51,918 nt of DNA, from the IMG/VR virus record IMGVR_UViG_3300044728_000198, positions 1 through 51,918 of that record; one strand, given 5' to 3'. This document shows positions 1 to 10,200 of the stretch, one piece after another. The notes under the pieces were generated by a model. The model had not been told where the DNA came from, ran no database searches, and worked only from the letters and a program-made list of their open reading frames with translations. Numbering within the stretch: position 1 is the first letter of the stretch; each line of letters starts with the position of its first letter. The position numbers and the translations under genes were made by a program. This DNA is from a virus. Taxonomy: Duplodnaviria > Caudoviricetes.

Positions 1-87
1 GCGGAAAACCGCCGTTTCCGGGTCCTCGCCCAGGGCGCGCCGTGCCCGGGCCCGCCCCGAGCCCCCTGGGGACGGCGATGCGGGCCC

Positions 88-119
88 GCCTCGACCAGCC
101 TCGACCAGCCTCGACCAGC
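88..119 (+). repeat. 10-bp tandem repeat GCCTCGACCA x3.2
   Basis: Read directly: copies at 88-97, 98-107 and 108-117, with no spacers. Confidence 0.9.
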
Positions 120-141
120 ACGCCAGGGCCCAGACATGGAA

Positions 142-170
142 ACGCCCCCAGGGCGTAGCCCTGGGGGCGT
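142..170 (-). terminator. Probable intrinsic terminator of the leftward operon
   Basis: Perfect 13-bp inverted repeat ACGCCCCCAGGGC-gta-GCCCTGGGGGCGT just downstream of the ORF ending at 196. Only a short T run follows on the minus strand. Confidence 0.6.
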
Positions 171-195
171 CGGAAGGCGCGGCGGTGCGGCGTGT

Positions 196-513
196 CTAGC
201 GTCGCCGCTCCACGCCCCAACCTCCCACGCTGGCGGCGTCGCGCACGAAGACCGCCACGACCCAACCATTAGCGGCCACTACCTCGCAACGCTCAGCCAG
301 CGCGCCGGTCAGGACAGCCCAACTATGCGCGGCCTTGATCGTCGGCAGCGTGACACTCGGAGCCGCCCCCGGGCCCCACGCGGGCCCGTGCAGCGTGACA
401 GTGTAGGGCGTATCGCGCGGCCCGTAGTGCTGGCGTCGCGCCGCCATGGCCAGGGGCGTTGTCTCCCACGGCGCGGCGGTGTCGGTGGTGGCGTCGGTGT
501 ATGTCGGTGTCAT
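196..513 (-). CDS. Hypothetical phage protein (~105 aa)
   Basis: Same direction as the AAA/vWA genes. ATG at 513 is preceded by AAAAGGG, and a hairpin lies on each side. The ORF track starts it at 549. Confidence 0.55.
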   Translation of the reverse strand: MTPTYTDATTDTAAPWETTPLAMAARRQHYGPRDTPYTVTLHGPAWGPGAAPSVTLPTIKAAHSWAVLTGALAERCEVVAANGWVVAVFVRDAASVGGWGVERRR

Positions 514-575
514 CGGTGCAGCCCTTTTCATGAGGGCCCCCAGGCCCATGCCTGGGGGCGTAGCCGGTAGCCGGA

Positions 576-2501
576 TCAGTCCATACCCTCTCCTTCCAGC
601 AGGTCACACAAAACCCCCAGGCCCGTCGCGCCCAGTTGGGACAAGTTCTTGACGTTAACCGACCGGCCTGGGGGGAACGCCTTCGCCACCGCGCTGGCGT
701 CGATCCCGATGCCCACGACCTCAACGCCCCACGCCCCGGCGATGTCGCAAGCCTCGGTTACGCGGGCGTTGCCCAGATCACAGTCACCATCCGTCAACAC
801 CATGAGGATGCGACGCGTCGCCAAAGCCTCACCCATGAGTAACTCCGCCGCCCCCAGGATAGCCGGGGACAGAGGGGTGAACGCCTGGGGCGTGACATGC
901 GGGAACGCCCCCGCGCGGGCCCGCACGCTCTCGCCAAACTCGACCACTGGCCAGAGTTTCGCGCTGACCTCTCCGGTGTAAAACACATAAACCGCCACGC
1001 GGGCCCCCGCCGTGTCAGCGGCGGACGCGATATGCCACGCCGTGACCATGGCGGTTTCCATCCGGCCCGATACCTTCATGGACCCGGAGCCATCGACCAA
1101 CACCATCAGCGCCGTATCCACGCCCGCCTGTTCCTCACGGCGGGAGAAAACATCCAACGCCCCCGTCCCAACCCGTGCCAGGGCGCGACGATCCAACCGG
1201 CCCGACGTTTCCCGGTGCGTGGTCCATGAACGCTCCGGCGCGACCAGCAACCGTGAAATCTGCCCCGACAGAACGGCCCGCTTCGGCAACCGTGCATCCA
1301 GAGACCGCGCTGTCTGGTCTGAACCATACGCCGCGCCGTTGGAGGGCCCGCGCCGTATGACTTCGTTTTTGTAACCGGCCAGACCTCTCAGCGTATCGTT
1401 GTCCCGCACCATCCGATCGACCTCTTCCCGGGCCCGCTCGCCGATATCATCCAACGCCCCCGACTGGTGGCCAGGATCGTCGACCGTGCCGCCCGAGCCG
1501 TCGCCGTGTCCGGTGCCCCCCGCGCCTTTGTCGTCGCCGCCGCCTTCGCCCCCAGGCGCGCCCTGGTCGCCGTCGCCGTCGCCGCTCGAGCCGTCGCCGT
1601 CGGTGGCGTCGCCGTCGCCGCCCCCGGCGCTCGAGCCGTCGGTGTCGCCGTCGGTGGCGTCGCCGCCCCCAGGCGCGCCCTGGTCGCCGCCCTGGTCGTC
1701 GCCGTCCTGGTCGTCGCCGTCCTGGTCGCCGTCGCCGCCCCCAGGCGCGTCCTGGTCGTCGCCGTCCTGGTCGTCCTGGTCGTCCTGGGGCTGCTTCGGC
1801 GGCGCGGCAGGTGCCTGGGAAGCCTGGGGAAGTGCGGCTTCCATGGCCATCAACTCATGAGCCAGGACCACACAAGCTTGCGTGTGGTCGCACGCCCGAA
1901 CGCCCGACAGGGCCCGCTCCAAGATGGGCAACGCCACCGCTGGCACGGCGGCGCGTAGCCCATGCGCCGATGGGATCACGTAGCCGTTGGCGATGCGTCC
2001 CAGAACAACCGTGACATAGGGTAAATCCGCCACGGTCGAGCCGATCTCACGCGGTGCGGTGCGCATGTCCCGGTGGTGCATGTAGTCCGTAACGCGCTCG
2101 AAAAGGCCCCGAACGGCGGGGAAAACCCCCGCCTTTATCTCAGCCTGTTCCATGCGAACGTCTTCCAGACAGTTCACCCAACGCGCCAAACGCTCCGAGC
2201 CTGTTTTCACGACGTTTACCCAGGCGTTCATGTCGGTGTGGATCAGGTGGCCGCACTCATGAGCCACATAGCCCACGATCCGGTCCGCTTCGGCCCGCGT
2301 GAGCCACGCGGACGATGGCAGTGAGGGCAACTCAATAACGGCGGCCCCCGGACCGGTGCGGCGGACGGAAGCGGACAGGCCCCCGCGTGTCCCGATCTTG
2401 ACCTCATACTTGATGCCGAACCGGTCACGGCGGCGCGCCAGGATTTTCGCCACCGTTTCAGCGGCGGCAGTGGTGACTTCGATATACATGACAGCGGACA
2501 T
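576..2501 (-). CDS. CobT-like vWA protein with N-terminal zincin-like domain and acidic linker
   Basis: AHECGH and NCLEDVRME motifs, an Asp/Gly-rich linker, SGRLDRRAL, and MIDAS elements LVDGSGSM, TPL and LTDG. GAGAGG RBS upstream. Confidence 0.85.
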   Translation of the reverse strand: MSAVMYIEVTTAAAETVAKILARRRDRFGIKYEVKIGTRGGLSASVRRTGPGAAVIELPSLPSSAWLTRAEADRIVGYVAHECGHLIHTDMNAWVNVVKTGSERLARWVNCLEDVRMEQAEIKAGVFPAVRGLFERVTDYMHHRDMRTAPREIGSTVADLPYVTVVLGRIANGYVIPSAHGLRAAVPAVALPILERALSGVRACDHTQACVVLAHELMAMEAALPQASQAPAAPPKQPQDDQDDQDGDDQDAPGGGDGDQDGDDQDGDDQGGDQGAPGGGDATDGDTDGSSAGGGDGDATDGDGSSGDGDGDQGAPGGEGGGDDKGAGGTGHGDGSGGTVDDPGHQSGALDDIGERAREEVDRMVRDNDTLRGLAGYKNEVIRRGPSNGAAYGSDQTARSLDARLPKRAVLSGQISRLLVAPERSWTTHRETSGRLDRRALARVGTGALDVFSRREEQAGVDTALMVLVDGSGSMKVSGRMETAMVTAWHIASAADTAGARVAVYVFYTGEVSAKLWPVVEFGESVRARAGAFPHVTPQAFTPLSPAILGAAELLMGEALATRRILMVLTDGDCDLGNARVTEACDIAGAWGVEVVGIGIDASAVAKAFPPGRSVNVKNLSQLGATGLGVLCDLLEGEGMD

Positions 2502-2515
2502 GGGTTTGGGTCCTC

Positions 2516-4090
2516 TCAGACAGGGGTGAAATCAGCGGCGGGCCCCGTGAGGGGCGCGGCGGCATCGGCATCGGCATCGGGCGCGGGATCAGCGGGCCCG
2601 CCCAGGGCGGCGCGGACGGTCGCCGCGTCGACAGCAAGCTTGCACTGCTGGCGCAGGGTTTCCCGCTCGCCCTCCGGGACGCAGTCCTGAACCGCGCATA
2701 AAAACGCGGTCTCGGTGTCTATCCCGTCCACAAGCAACTCGGCCCAACCGAACAACCGACGCAAACCCAGGCCAGCGCTCAAGGTCTGGGTTTCCGCCGC
2801 CGCCCTGGTTGTGTTGGCTGCCTCGACCAAAAGTTTGGCCAAAGCCACCGTGCAACCGGGAACGGCGGACATGAGGATTTTCGCCTCAACCGCCGGGGGC
2901 TGCCAGTCCATGCGGATACGCGCTCCGAACCGATCCAGCGTGGCCGCGTTCAAAGCCGCCGTCCCATGGTAACCGCGCCTCGAGCCGCCCCCCGTGCCGT
3001 TGGTGTTATCAGTGGCGACGAAACTAACGCCCGGCGCGACAGCCACGCGTTGCCCGGTCTCTTGGATATACAACGCCCGGTTCAAGGTCAGGACGTTTTG
3101 CAGGACGAACAACGCCCCCGGGCGCGCTACGCTCGGCTCGTCGATACATACGACCGCGCCCGGTGTCTGTATGGCCCGAACCAACTGGCCCGGTTGAAAC
3201 GTCACGCCCCCGGCCCGAGAGGGGACCGTCATGCCTACCAGCGTCGCCGCGTCGGTGGACGCGTCGCAGCTTATCAGGATGAACGGACGCCCCAGGCGCG
3301 CCGCCACCTGCTGGCAAAACTCGGTTTTGCCCGAGCCAGCGGGCCCCCAGAGATAGACGTTGCGCCCCCTGGTCAACTGGGACAGGGCAACGTCGGTGCG
3401 GCGCGGCCAGACATACCCAGGATGAACGGGGGGCGTGTCAGGATGCGCCCCGTCCCAAACCTCACACACACGCGACGCCAGCGGGCCCCGAACGCCGAAC
3501 GTCTTGCCCCAGGTCACGACGTTGCCCGTCAAGGAAGCCTGGGGAACGACCGCGCCGCCCTCGCCGTCCAACACGACAGGCGCGGCGGGGGCGGGAACCT
3601 TGATGATCCTGATCTCAGCCGGTTTCCGCGCCGCCAACACGAGCCCCCGGATCTTGTCATCCAACGCGACAAACCCCCCGCTCATCACGGCGGACCGGAC
3701 TTCGGCCACCTCACGCTCAACGGCGGCATCCTCATCGGAAGCCAGCGGGCCCGGAAGGGGCTCCGGCTCGACCGGCTCGACCGCTCCACGTGGAGCGTCT
3801 TGCTCGACCAGGGGCGCGACAGGCGCGACAGGCGCGACAGGCGCGACGCCCGACGCCCGCGCCGCCGCCTGGGTCACGGCGGCATACTCGGCATGATCGC
3901 CCGACAGGATAAGTATGGCGCTAATCATGTCAGGCTTCGGGATGTCGGAAATATTCCGGCCCGCCATCACCGAACGCGCCGCCCTCATGCGGTCAAGATC
4001 GGTTTGGTTGACCGGTGGGAGGGCCAAAAGTTCCCGCAACCGGGCCCGCATGGCGGCGCGATCCAGGGCGTTAAGTGCAGAAAAAGACAT
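2516..4090 (-). CDS. MoxR/CobS-like AAA+ ATPase
   Basis: Walker A GPAGSGKT, Walker B VVCIDEP, ATDNT sensor and LNAATLDRF arginine finger. Adjacent to the vWA gene. Confidence 0.9.
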   Translation of the reverse strand: MSFSALNALDRAAMRARLRELLALPPVNQTDLDRMRAARSVMAGRNISDIPKPDMISAILILSGDHAEYAAVTQAAARASGVAPVAPVAPVAPLVEQDAPRGAVEPVEPEPLPGPLASDEDAAVEREVAEVRSAVMSGGFVALDDKIRGLVLAARKPAEIRIIKVPAPAAPVVLDGEGGAVVPQASLTGNVVTWGKTFGVRGPLASRVCEVWDGAHPDTPPVHPGYVWPRRTDVALSQLTRGRNVYLWGPAGSGKTEFCQQVAARLGRPFILISCDASTDAATLVGMTVPSRAGGVTFQPGQLVRAIQTPGAVVCIDEPSVARPGALFVLQNVLTLNRALYIQETGQRVAVAPGVSFVATDNTNGTGGGSRRGYHGTAALNAATLDRFGARIRMDWQPPAVEAKILMSAVPGCTVALAKLLVEAANTTRAAAETQTLSAGLGLRRLFGWAELLVDGIDTETAFLCAVQDCVPEGERETLRQQCKLAVDAATVRAALGGPADPAPDADADAAAPLTGPAADFTPV

Positions 4091-4286
4091 GGTTTTTAGC
4101 CTTTACGTTGGGTTGCCCTGGGTGGTTTCCCGCCCTGGGGGGCGTGGGTGCGCCCGCGCGTCTTCTATGCCTTGTCAACCCACCACGCCACCACAAACCG
4201 TTGTGTCAGGCGTCTTTTACGTTGGACTGTGGCCAAACCGCCCAGGGCGCTATCATCGGACCAGGCACAAAACAGGAGGGGCCCGC

Positions 4287-4736
4287 GTGACTGGTCGAGA
4301 CCATACGGCGCTAATCGAACGGACGCGCCCCACCCGCTTCGGCAACGGCTACCAGATGAAATGCGCCCGATGCGACCGGCCCGCCGCCCGGGGGCATATG
4401 ACCTGCCAGTATCATCACCCAGGCAACGGCAACCGGCCCGCGTTGCCAGCAACGCCCGGGCGTCTGGCGTCGCGCCGGTTGCAGGCGATGCACCGCAAGG
4501 GGCTCCTGCCTCCCGACCTGATGAACTCGGCCCCATGGGTCAGCCTGCTACCGGTGGGCCCGCAACCCAGGGCCCTCGCCAAGCTTGGCCTTTTGCAGGC
4601 GTGGGACTGGCGGGATGACCAACCCCTGATGTGGGCCCGGGCCCAACGTGAGGCACGCAAGGCCCTTGACCTGCCGCGCCTCGAGTCGGTGTTGCGGTAT
4701 CCCGACCGGCCCAAGCCTTGGGCGCATATCGCGTGA
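4287..4736 (+). CDS. Putative Zn-binding protein (HGGxSTG-like) upstream of terminase small subunit
   Basis: AGGAGG (4274-4279) precedes GTG 4287. CARCDRPAARGHMTCQYH is a Cys/His cluster. In frame with track ORF 3915..4736. Confidence 0.55.
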   Translation: MTGRDHTALIERTRPTRFGNGYQMKCARCDRPAARGHMTCQYHHPGNGNRPALPATPGRLASRRLQAMHRKGLLPPDLMNSAPWVSLLPVGPQPRALAKLGLLQAWDWRDDQPLMWARAQREARKALDLPRLESVLRYPDRPKPWAHIA

Positions 4737-4738
4737 GC

Positions 4739-5182
4739 ATGACGCCCAAGGCCCGGGCCCAGTCCCGGGAGTCGCAGGTGCGCCAGCGGGACAAGGCCAA
4801 GGTGCTGCTCGGTTTGATGCCCGCCCCGGTCAAGGTGCCCAAACCCAGGGCCAGGGCGCGCCCCGACCCAGGGTTTGGGCAGGATGCCCGAGGGGAGGAT
4901 TTGGGCGGGAGTCGGCGCACAAACCGTTTTGGCATCGGCCCGGATGAAACGGTCGCTGTCCTCATGGACATGGTGAAGAGCGACCTCACGACGCCCCATG
5001 CGAGGGCGGCGGCGGCCCGAACTTTGGCGGAAATCAGCGGTTTAATCGGCAAGCACGCTGTCGCGCCTTCCCGGGGCGCGACGGCGGACGTGGCCGACCT
5101 CGACCGTGCCGACCTCGTCCGGGAGCTTGAACGGCTTCGGGCCCGAGTCGCCGCCCCGGGGGAGGGTAAAGGGGACGGATAA
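4739..5182 (+). CDS. Putative terminase small subunit
   Basis: Helical motif LMDMVKS..PHARAAAARTLAEISG and a C-terminal DLDRADL motif resemble TerS-like proteins. A palindrome-rich gap follows. Confidence 0.5.
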   Translation: MTPKARAQSRESQVRQRDKAKVLLGLMPAPVKVPKPRARARPDPGFGQDARGEDLGGSRRTNRFGIGPDETVAVLMDMVKSDLTTPHARAAAARTLAEISGLIGKHAVAPSRGATADVADLDRADLVRELERLRARVAAPGEGKGDG

Positions 5183-5539
5183 GGGGACAGGCTGCCCAGG
5201 GGGGCGAAAAGCCCAGGGTTTCCGCGCCTTGGGTGCGGATGACGCATCCGCGCGTCCGCCCCCCCGGGGGTCCGCCCGGCGGGCGAGGTTTCATGTCACC
5301 GGTAGGGACACCAAATTTGGGTATTTTAAGTTTTCGTTACCCTTTCCGCACGTTTCGGGGCCTCGGAAAAACTTTGCCCGGACTGAAACAGGGCGTGCCG
5401 GGCGCGCCCTGGATGCGAGAACCGGGCTTTGCCCGCCAAAAACGGTTTTTGAGACGGTTTTAGCCCTTTGTAAGTGCTGGTAAGGGGGTGACAAAGCGCC
5501 TAAGAGCGTTCGGACCCTTCGCCGAGAGGCTCAAAGCCC

Positions 5540-7201
5540 ATGCCATCAGGTTCAGCGGGTGAACTCGTCGCCCCCCAGCCCGTAGAGCCGGTCCGGCAGT
5601 ATTCTTTCACGAACTGGCAGGTCAACAACCCCACGGCACCGCCGCCCGGGGACCGTTTGGATGCCGAGTTCGACCGTGCCAACACGGCCATCGGGGACAC
5701 GTTGGACTGGGCGGCGACCAGCCTCAACACGGACGGCACTCTGCGGAGTGGGTCCGTCGGAAAGGCCCAGATGGTATCCGGGCTCTTCGACGATATCGCC
5801 ACTGATATCATAGCTGAAGTGCAGCCCTTGGTGGACGAGGCCCAGGTCCACGCGGCGAGCGCCTTCAACTCGGCCACGGCGGCGGGAAACTCGGCCAACA
5901 TGGCGGGTTATAGCGCCACGAGCGCCCTCCAGTCGGCGTCGGCCTCGGCCTCGAGCGCCAACGAGGCCCGTGCCTTCGCGGCGGCGACCGGGGACAACGC
6001 CAGATCGGCGGACGCCGACGCCGACCGGGCGGAAAACGCCGCCAACCACGCTGACGGCTCTGAGGCCGTCGCTCAGGCTTACGCGGATGTCGGCATGGCG
6101 TGGGCGGAGCATATGCCCGATACCATCCCGCCCAACATACTGGCCGTCATGGCCGTGACCGGGGACCACTGGTCAAGCCGGTGGTGGTCCCACAAGACGG
6201 CGGAAGACGGGATCAAGTTGATCGTCGCCATGCAACGGTTTTACCTCGGCGCTTTCCCGATCCCGCCCACGACGGACAACCAGGGCAACCCCATCGCCGC
6301 CGGCGCGATGTATTTCGACCTCACGCTCGGCGCGATGTATGTCTGGAACGGGACATCCTGGCAGCCGATTTCGGCCTTTTCCCCGGCGGAAATCCACAAG
6401 TTCATCTATGTGGCGACGGCGGGCCAGACCGTCTTCGCCGGGCCCGACCGGGCCGGGATGGTCCTGAAGTTCGACCCGAACTTCGACCAGACGGTGTCGG
6501 TTTTCGAGAACGGCGTCCTCCGGACGCCCGATGATGATTACACCCTGACCATGGACACGGTGACCATGCTGACCCCGGGTCAGGCGGGCGATATCGTGCA
6601 AATCTGGGTGGAAAGCGTGCCCATCACCCAGCTTGAGTGGCGCACCGCCCGGGTGGACACCACGGCGTGGGTGTTCAACGGGACCCAGGACACGTTCGCC
6701 CTCAAGGACCCGGATATGAACACGCTGATCCTGGCCAGTGCGACGGACCTCATGCTGTCCGTGGACGGCGTCTGGCAGCAGGCGGGCGTGGATTACACCG
6801 TCGCGAGCAGCTTCGTGACCTTCAACCCCGCGCCCACCGACGACGTGAAGTGCTTCGGCATCGCCATCGTCCCGGTGCCCAACGCGACGGCGGCTCCGCA
6901 GCCCGGACTGACCGGCGTCGATACTTCGGGCTGGGTGTTCGACGGCGTCGAAGTGAACTTCCCGCTGCGGGACATGACCGGCACGGTGGTGGCCCCCGGA
7001 ACCCCGGAAAACCTGCTGATTTCGATCAACGGAGTGTGGCAGGCGGCGGGCCGGGATTATGGTGTGGTGGGGTCCACCGTGACCTTCGTCGTGCCGCCGG
7101 AACCGGCGGCGAAAGCCTTCGGGGTCCTGGGTTTACCCGCCTTTGGCGGGCTGAACTCCCTGGCGGACGACCCCTTGAGCGATCCATCCGACGTTGCCTG
7201 A
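5540..7201 (+). CDS. Tail fibre/adaptor protein
   Basis: N-terminal [20 protein letters not shown], an Ala/Ser-rich coiled segment, a [17 protein letters not shown] motif, and repeated beta domains (AGQTVF; WVFNG/WVFDG...GVWQ). Confidence 0.75.
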   Translation: MPSGSAGELVAPQPVEPVRQYSFTNWQVNNPTAPPPGDRLDAEFDRANTAIGDTLDWAATSLNTDGTLRSGSVGKAQMVSGLFDDIATDIIAEVQPLVDEAQVHAASAFNSATAAGNSANMAGYSATSALQSASASASSANEARAFAAATGDNARSADADADRAENAANHADGSEAVAQAYADVGMAWAEHMPDTIPPNILAVMAVTGDHWSSRWWSHKTAEDGIKLIVAMQRFYLGAFPIPPTTDNQGNPIAAGAMYFDLTLGAMYVWNGTSWQPISAFSPAEIHKFIYVATAGQTVFAGPDRAGMVLKFDPNFDQTVSVFENGVLRTPDDDYTLTMDTVTMLTPGQAGDIVQIWVESVPITQLEWRTARVDTTAWVFNGTQDTFALKDPDMNTLILASATDLMLSVDGVWQQAGVDYTVASSFVTFNPAPTDDVKCFGIAIVPVPNATAAPQPGLTGVDTSGWVFDGVEVNFPLRDMTGTVVAPGTPENLLISINGVWQAAGRDYGVVGSTVTFVVPPEPAAKAFGVLGLPAFGGLNSLADDPLSDPSDVA

Positions 7202-10200
7202 CTCGATCCCCCCGGACCACGCGCTGCTTCCCCAGCAGTTTTACTGGGACGAGAGCGAACTGCCGGGCAAAATCTGGGTGGGCGTGCCCACCTGGGTGGA
7301 CCCGTCCGGCAAGAAGATGATCTGGGACACGGCGTCGGATACCTTCCTCGACGCGCCCATCAACGACGCCTCGTATGGCCGGAAAAACGGCGCGTGGTCG
7401 CCGGTTTTGCCCATCACGGGGGGCACGCTTTCGGGCCCCCTGACCCTGGAAGGGCCGTATGACCTGACCCTGGCGCGTGACCCGACGCTGCCCATGCACG
7501 CGGTCACGCTCCAGTATCTGGACATCCAGATCGCCAACAACCCTGGCCCCGTCGGTCCGATGGGCCCGGCGGGTGCCGACGGCGCTGACGGCGCGGACTC
7601 TACCGTCCCAGGACCGGCGGGGCCCCAGGGTATTCAGGGTGTTCCGGGCGTGGCCGGAGCCGACGGCGCGACCGGCCCGGCGGGAGCCGATGGGGCCGTC
7701 GGTCCACAAGGGCCGCAAGGTGTTCAGGGTGTCCCGGGCGTGGCCGGGGCCGACGGCGCGACCGGACCCCAGGGTATCCAGGGTGTCCCGGGAGCGGACG
7801 GCGCGACCGGAGCGACGGGCCCGACGGGCCCGGCGGGCGTCGACGGGGCGACCGGACCCCAGGGTATTCAGGGCGTTAAGGGTGACCCGGGAGCCACGGG
7901 AGCCACGGGGGCACCGGGCCCAACGGGGCCCACGGGGTCAACCGGGGCCCAGGGCCCGACCGGTTCGACCGGCCCCGCCGGACCGACGGCGGTCAGCGCC
8001 GACGCCAACAACTACGTCCACCTGGGCACGGATAACCTGCTTTTCGCGCCTTTGGCGGTGAAGATCGCTGGCGATACGATGCTGGGGCCGTTGTATTTGC
8101 CCCTGCCCGATCCGACGGACCCAACCCAGGCCACGCACAAAGCCTACGTGGACGCCAAAGACGCGGTCCTGCAACAGGAAATCCAGGCCCTGGCCGAGAC
8201 CCTGGTGTTCGTCGGCCAGTGTCACGTTACCACCGACACCACCCAGTTCACCCTGGCGTCGGGCATCACGCCCAACCCGGGCCCCCTGCCCGCGCCCACC
8301 CCGGCGATCAAGGGTTTTTACGTCATCTGTGTTGAAAACGGTGCACCCCCGGCGGGTAATATCCCGCCTGATAACTACGTCCTGCATGACTGGCTGGTCT
8401 GTGACGGGGCCGTTTGGATACACCTCAAGCTGGGCCTCGTTTACTTCGCCGCGTCCCAGGTCGCGGTCGTCCCGCCCATCGCCGGGACGGACGATGTCCA
8501 GGAAGCCCTTCAGTATCTGTATAATAATCAGGTCACGGCGGCGCAGGGAGACGCGCGCTGGGTCAACGTGACCGGTGATACCATGACCGGCCCGTTGCAG
8601 ATCAACTGGACGCCCACCGATACGGCGGCGCAACTCTGGCTGCGACCCCAGCCAGGGGGCGACCTAAGCAAGAGCATCATCCGGTTCAGCGGCACTTTCG
8701 ATGCGGCGACAAACGACGGTGGGCCACGCTACGCCGCCTCGATCCGCGCCGGGTTCGCGAGCAACGCATGGAGTTACGAGAACCTCGACATCTGGCTGAA
8801 CAACGGCGGATCGAACGATGCCAGTTCGGACCTGAACCAGACCCGCGTCGCGCGTTTTCAGTTGGCTCAAATTACCTTCGATAGGCCCACGACGTTTCTT
8901 GGCGGGCAGTATTTCAGCGACGGCACGGTTGGCGCACCGTGGGACCTAAGCAGGCATATAAGGTTTCACAGTGCCAACTACGGCTTCTCGGTGACCAACA
9001 CCGGGATGCTGGCGCATGTCACCGATGCGCCGGGAAGCAACGTCTTCATCGCCGGAACGACCGAGACGGCGCGGATCAACTCGACCGGCCTGCATATGCT
9101 AAACAACGACGTGTGGCTCTCGCGCGATCCATCTCAACCCATGCACGCCACGACCAGGCAGTATGTGGACGGCAAGGTTTCCACCGCCGTGGGCGCGTAT
9201 CTGCCACTTTCGGGCGGCACGTTGTCCGGTGGGCTGCAAATCAACGCCTACTCCCCACCGTGGGGCAGCTTCAACTTCGCCGCCCAACTGCTCATCCGAG
9301 GCGTGCAGAACAACGGCATCGGCATCTTCGACAGTTCCGACGCCAACCCCATGGCGATCATCAACGGCGCGGGCACGCTTGGGTTCTACGCCATGCCGCC
9401 CTGGGGCGACAGCGCCACGCCGCCGGTCCCACGGCTGACGCTGGAACCGACCCAGGCGACGTTCAGCACGGCGCTTCGGGTCAACGGTCAGTTTTACATC
9501 GCCAACCCATACGGCCTGAACCTGATCGACGCCAACGGGTCCAACGGGTTCCGCGCGTTCGTCCAGGCCGACAACCACATGGTTTGGACGATATCCGGCG
9601 CGGCGGGCGGGGATCGCGTCGTCGCCGCCATGTATGTGCGGAACGATGGCTCGTCGTTCGAGTGGTATGCGCCGCAAACGTCTTACGGCGGCATCGCGCT
9701 CTCTGGTAGCGATGTAACGCTGGCGCGAGACCCATCCAACCCGATGCACGCCACGACCAGGCAGTATGTGGATGCCAAGGTGGGTGCCGGGCTTTCCGAC
9801 GCGCCGAACAACGGGCTCATGTATGGCCGTCGGTCCGCCGCGTGGTGGAGGTCCGCTGACATCCGCGAGATCGGCGGCGGCGCGTTCGACATGAACGTGC
9901 CCTCCGACTCGTTTATCGGGCTCTATCAGGTCACCAACCAGACCGGCGGGCTGAACTGGCCATCGGGCAACGGCGATCAGACCGCATCCATCCTGCAAAG
10001 CTACAACAGCAACGCGGGCTGGATGACCCAGCTTATGATGGGCGGGCGCAGCTTCCATAACGGTCCCGCGCTCTGGTATCGGGCCATCGACGATACCTAT
10101 CCCGCCGACGCCAGTCAGTGGTCGCCGTGGTATCGGATGCTCGCCACCGTCAACGGCGTGCTGGAGCAAAAGCTGGACATCGCGTTCCCGGATGGCGTGT

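Noticed and set aside
88-119. Short repeats here and at 51819-51861 as a CRISPR array
   Set aside because: They are tandem or nearly tandem, with no unique spacers of CRISPR length.
576-4090. Cobalamin-synthesis auxiliary genes cobS/cobT
   Set aside because: Only generic MoxR and vWA motifs are present, with no cobN or other pathway genes, so gene symbols were withheld.
5183-5539. tRNA or protein-coding gene in this gap
   Set aside because: No cloverleaf or T-loop signature was seen, and the short ORFs have no RBS or motif support.
9119-9772. Fibre repeats as DGR template/variable regions or a shufflon
   Set aside because: There is no reverse transcriptase or invertase, the repeats are direct and in-frame, and differences are not adenine-specific.
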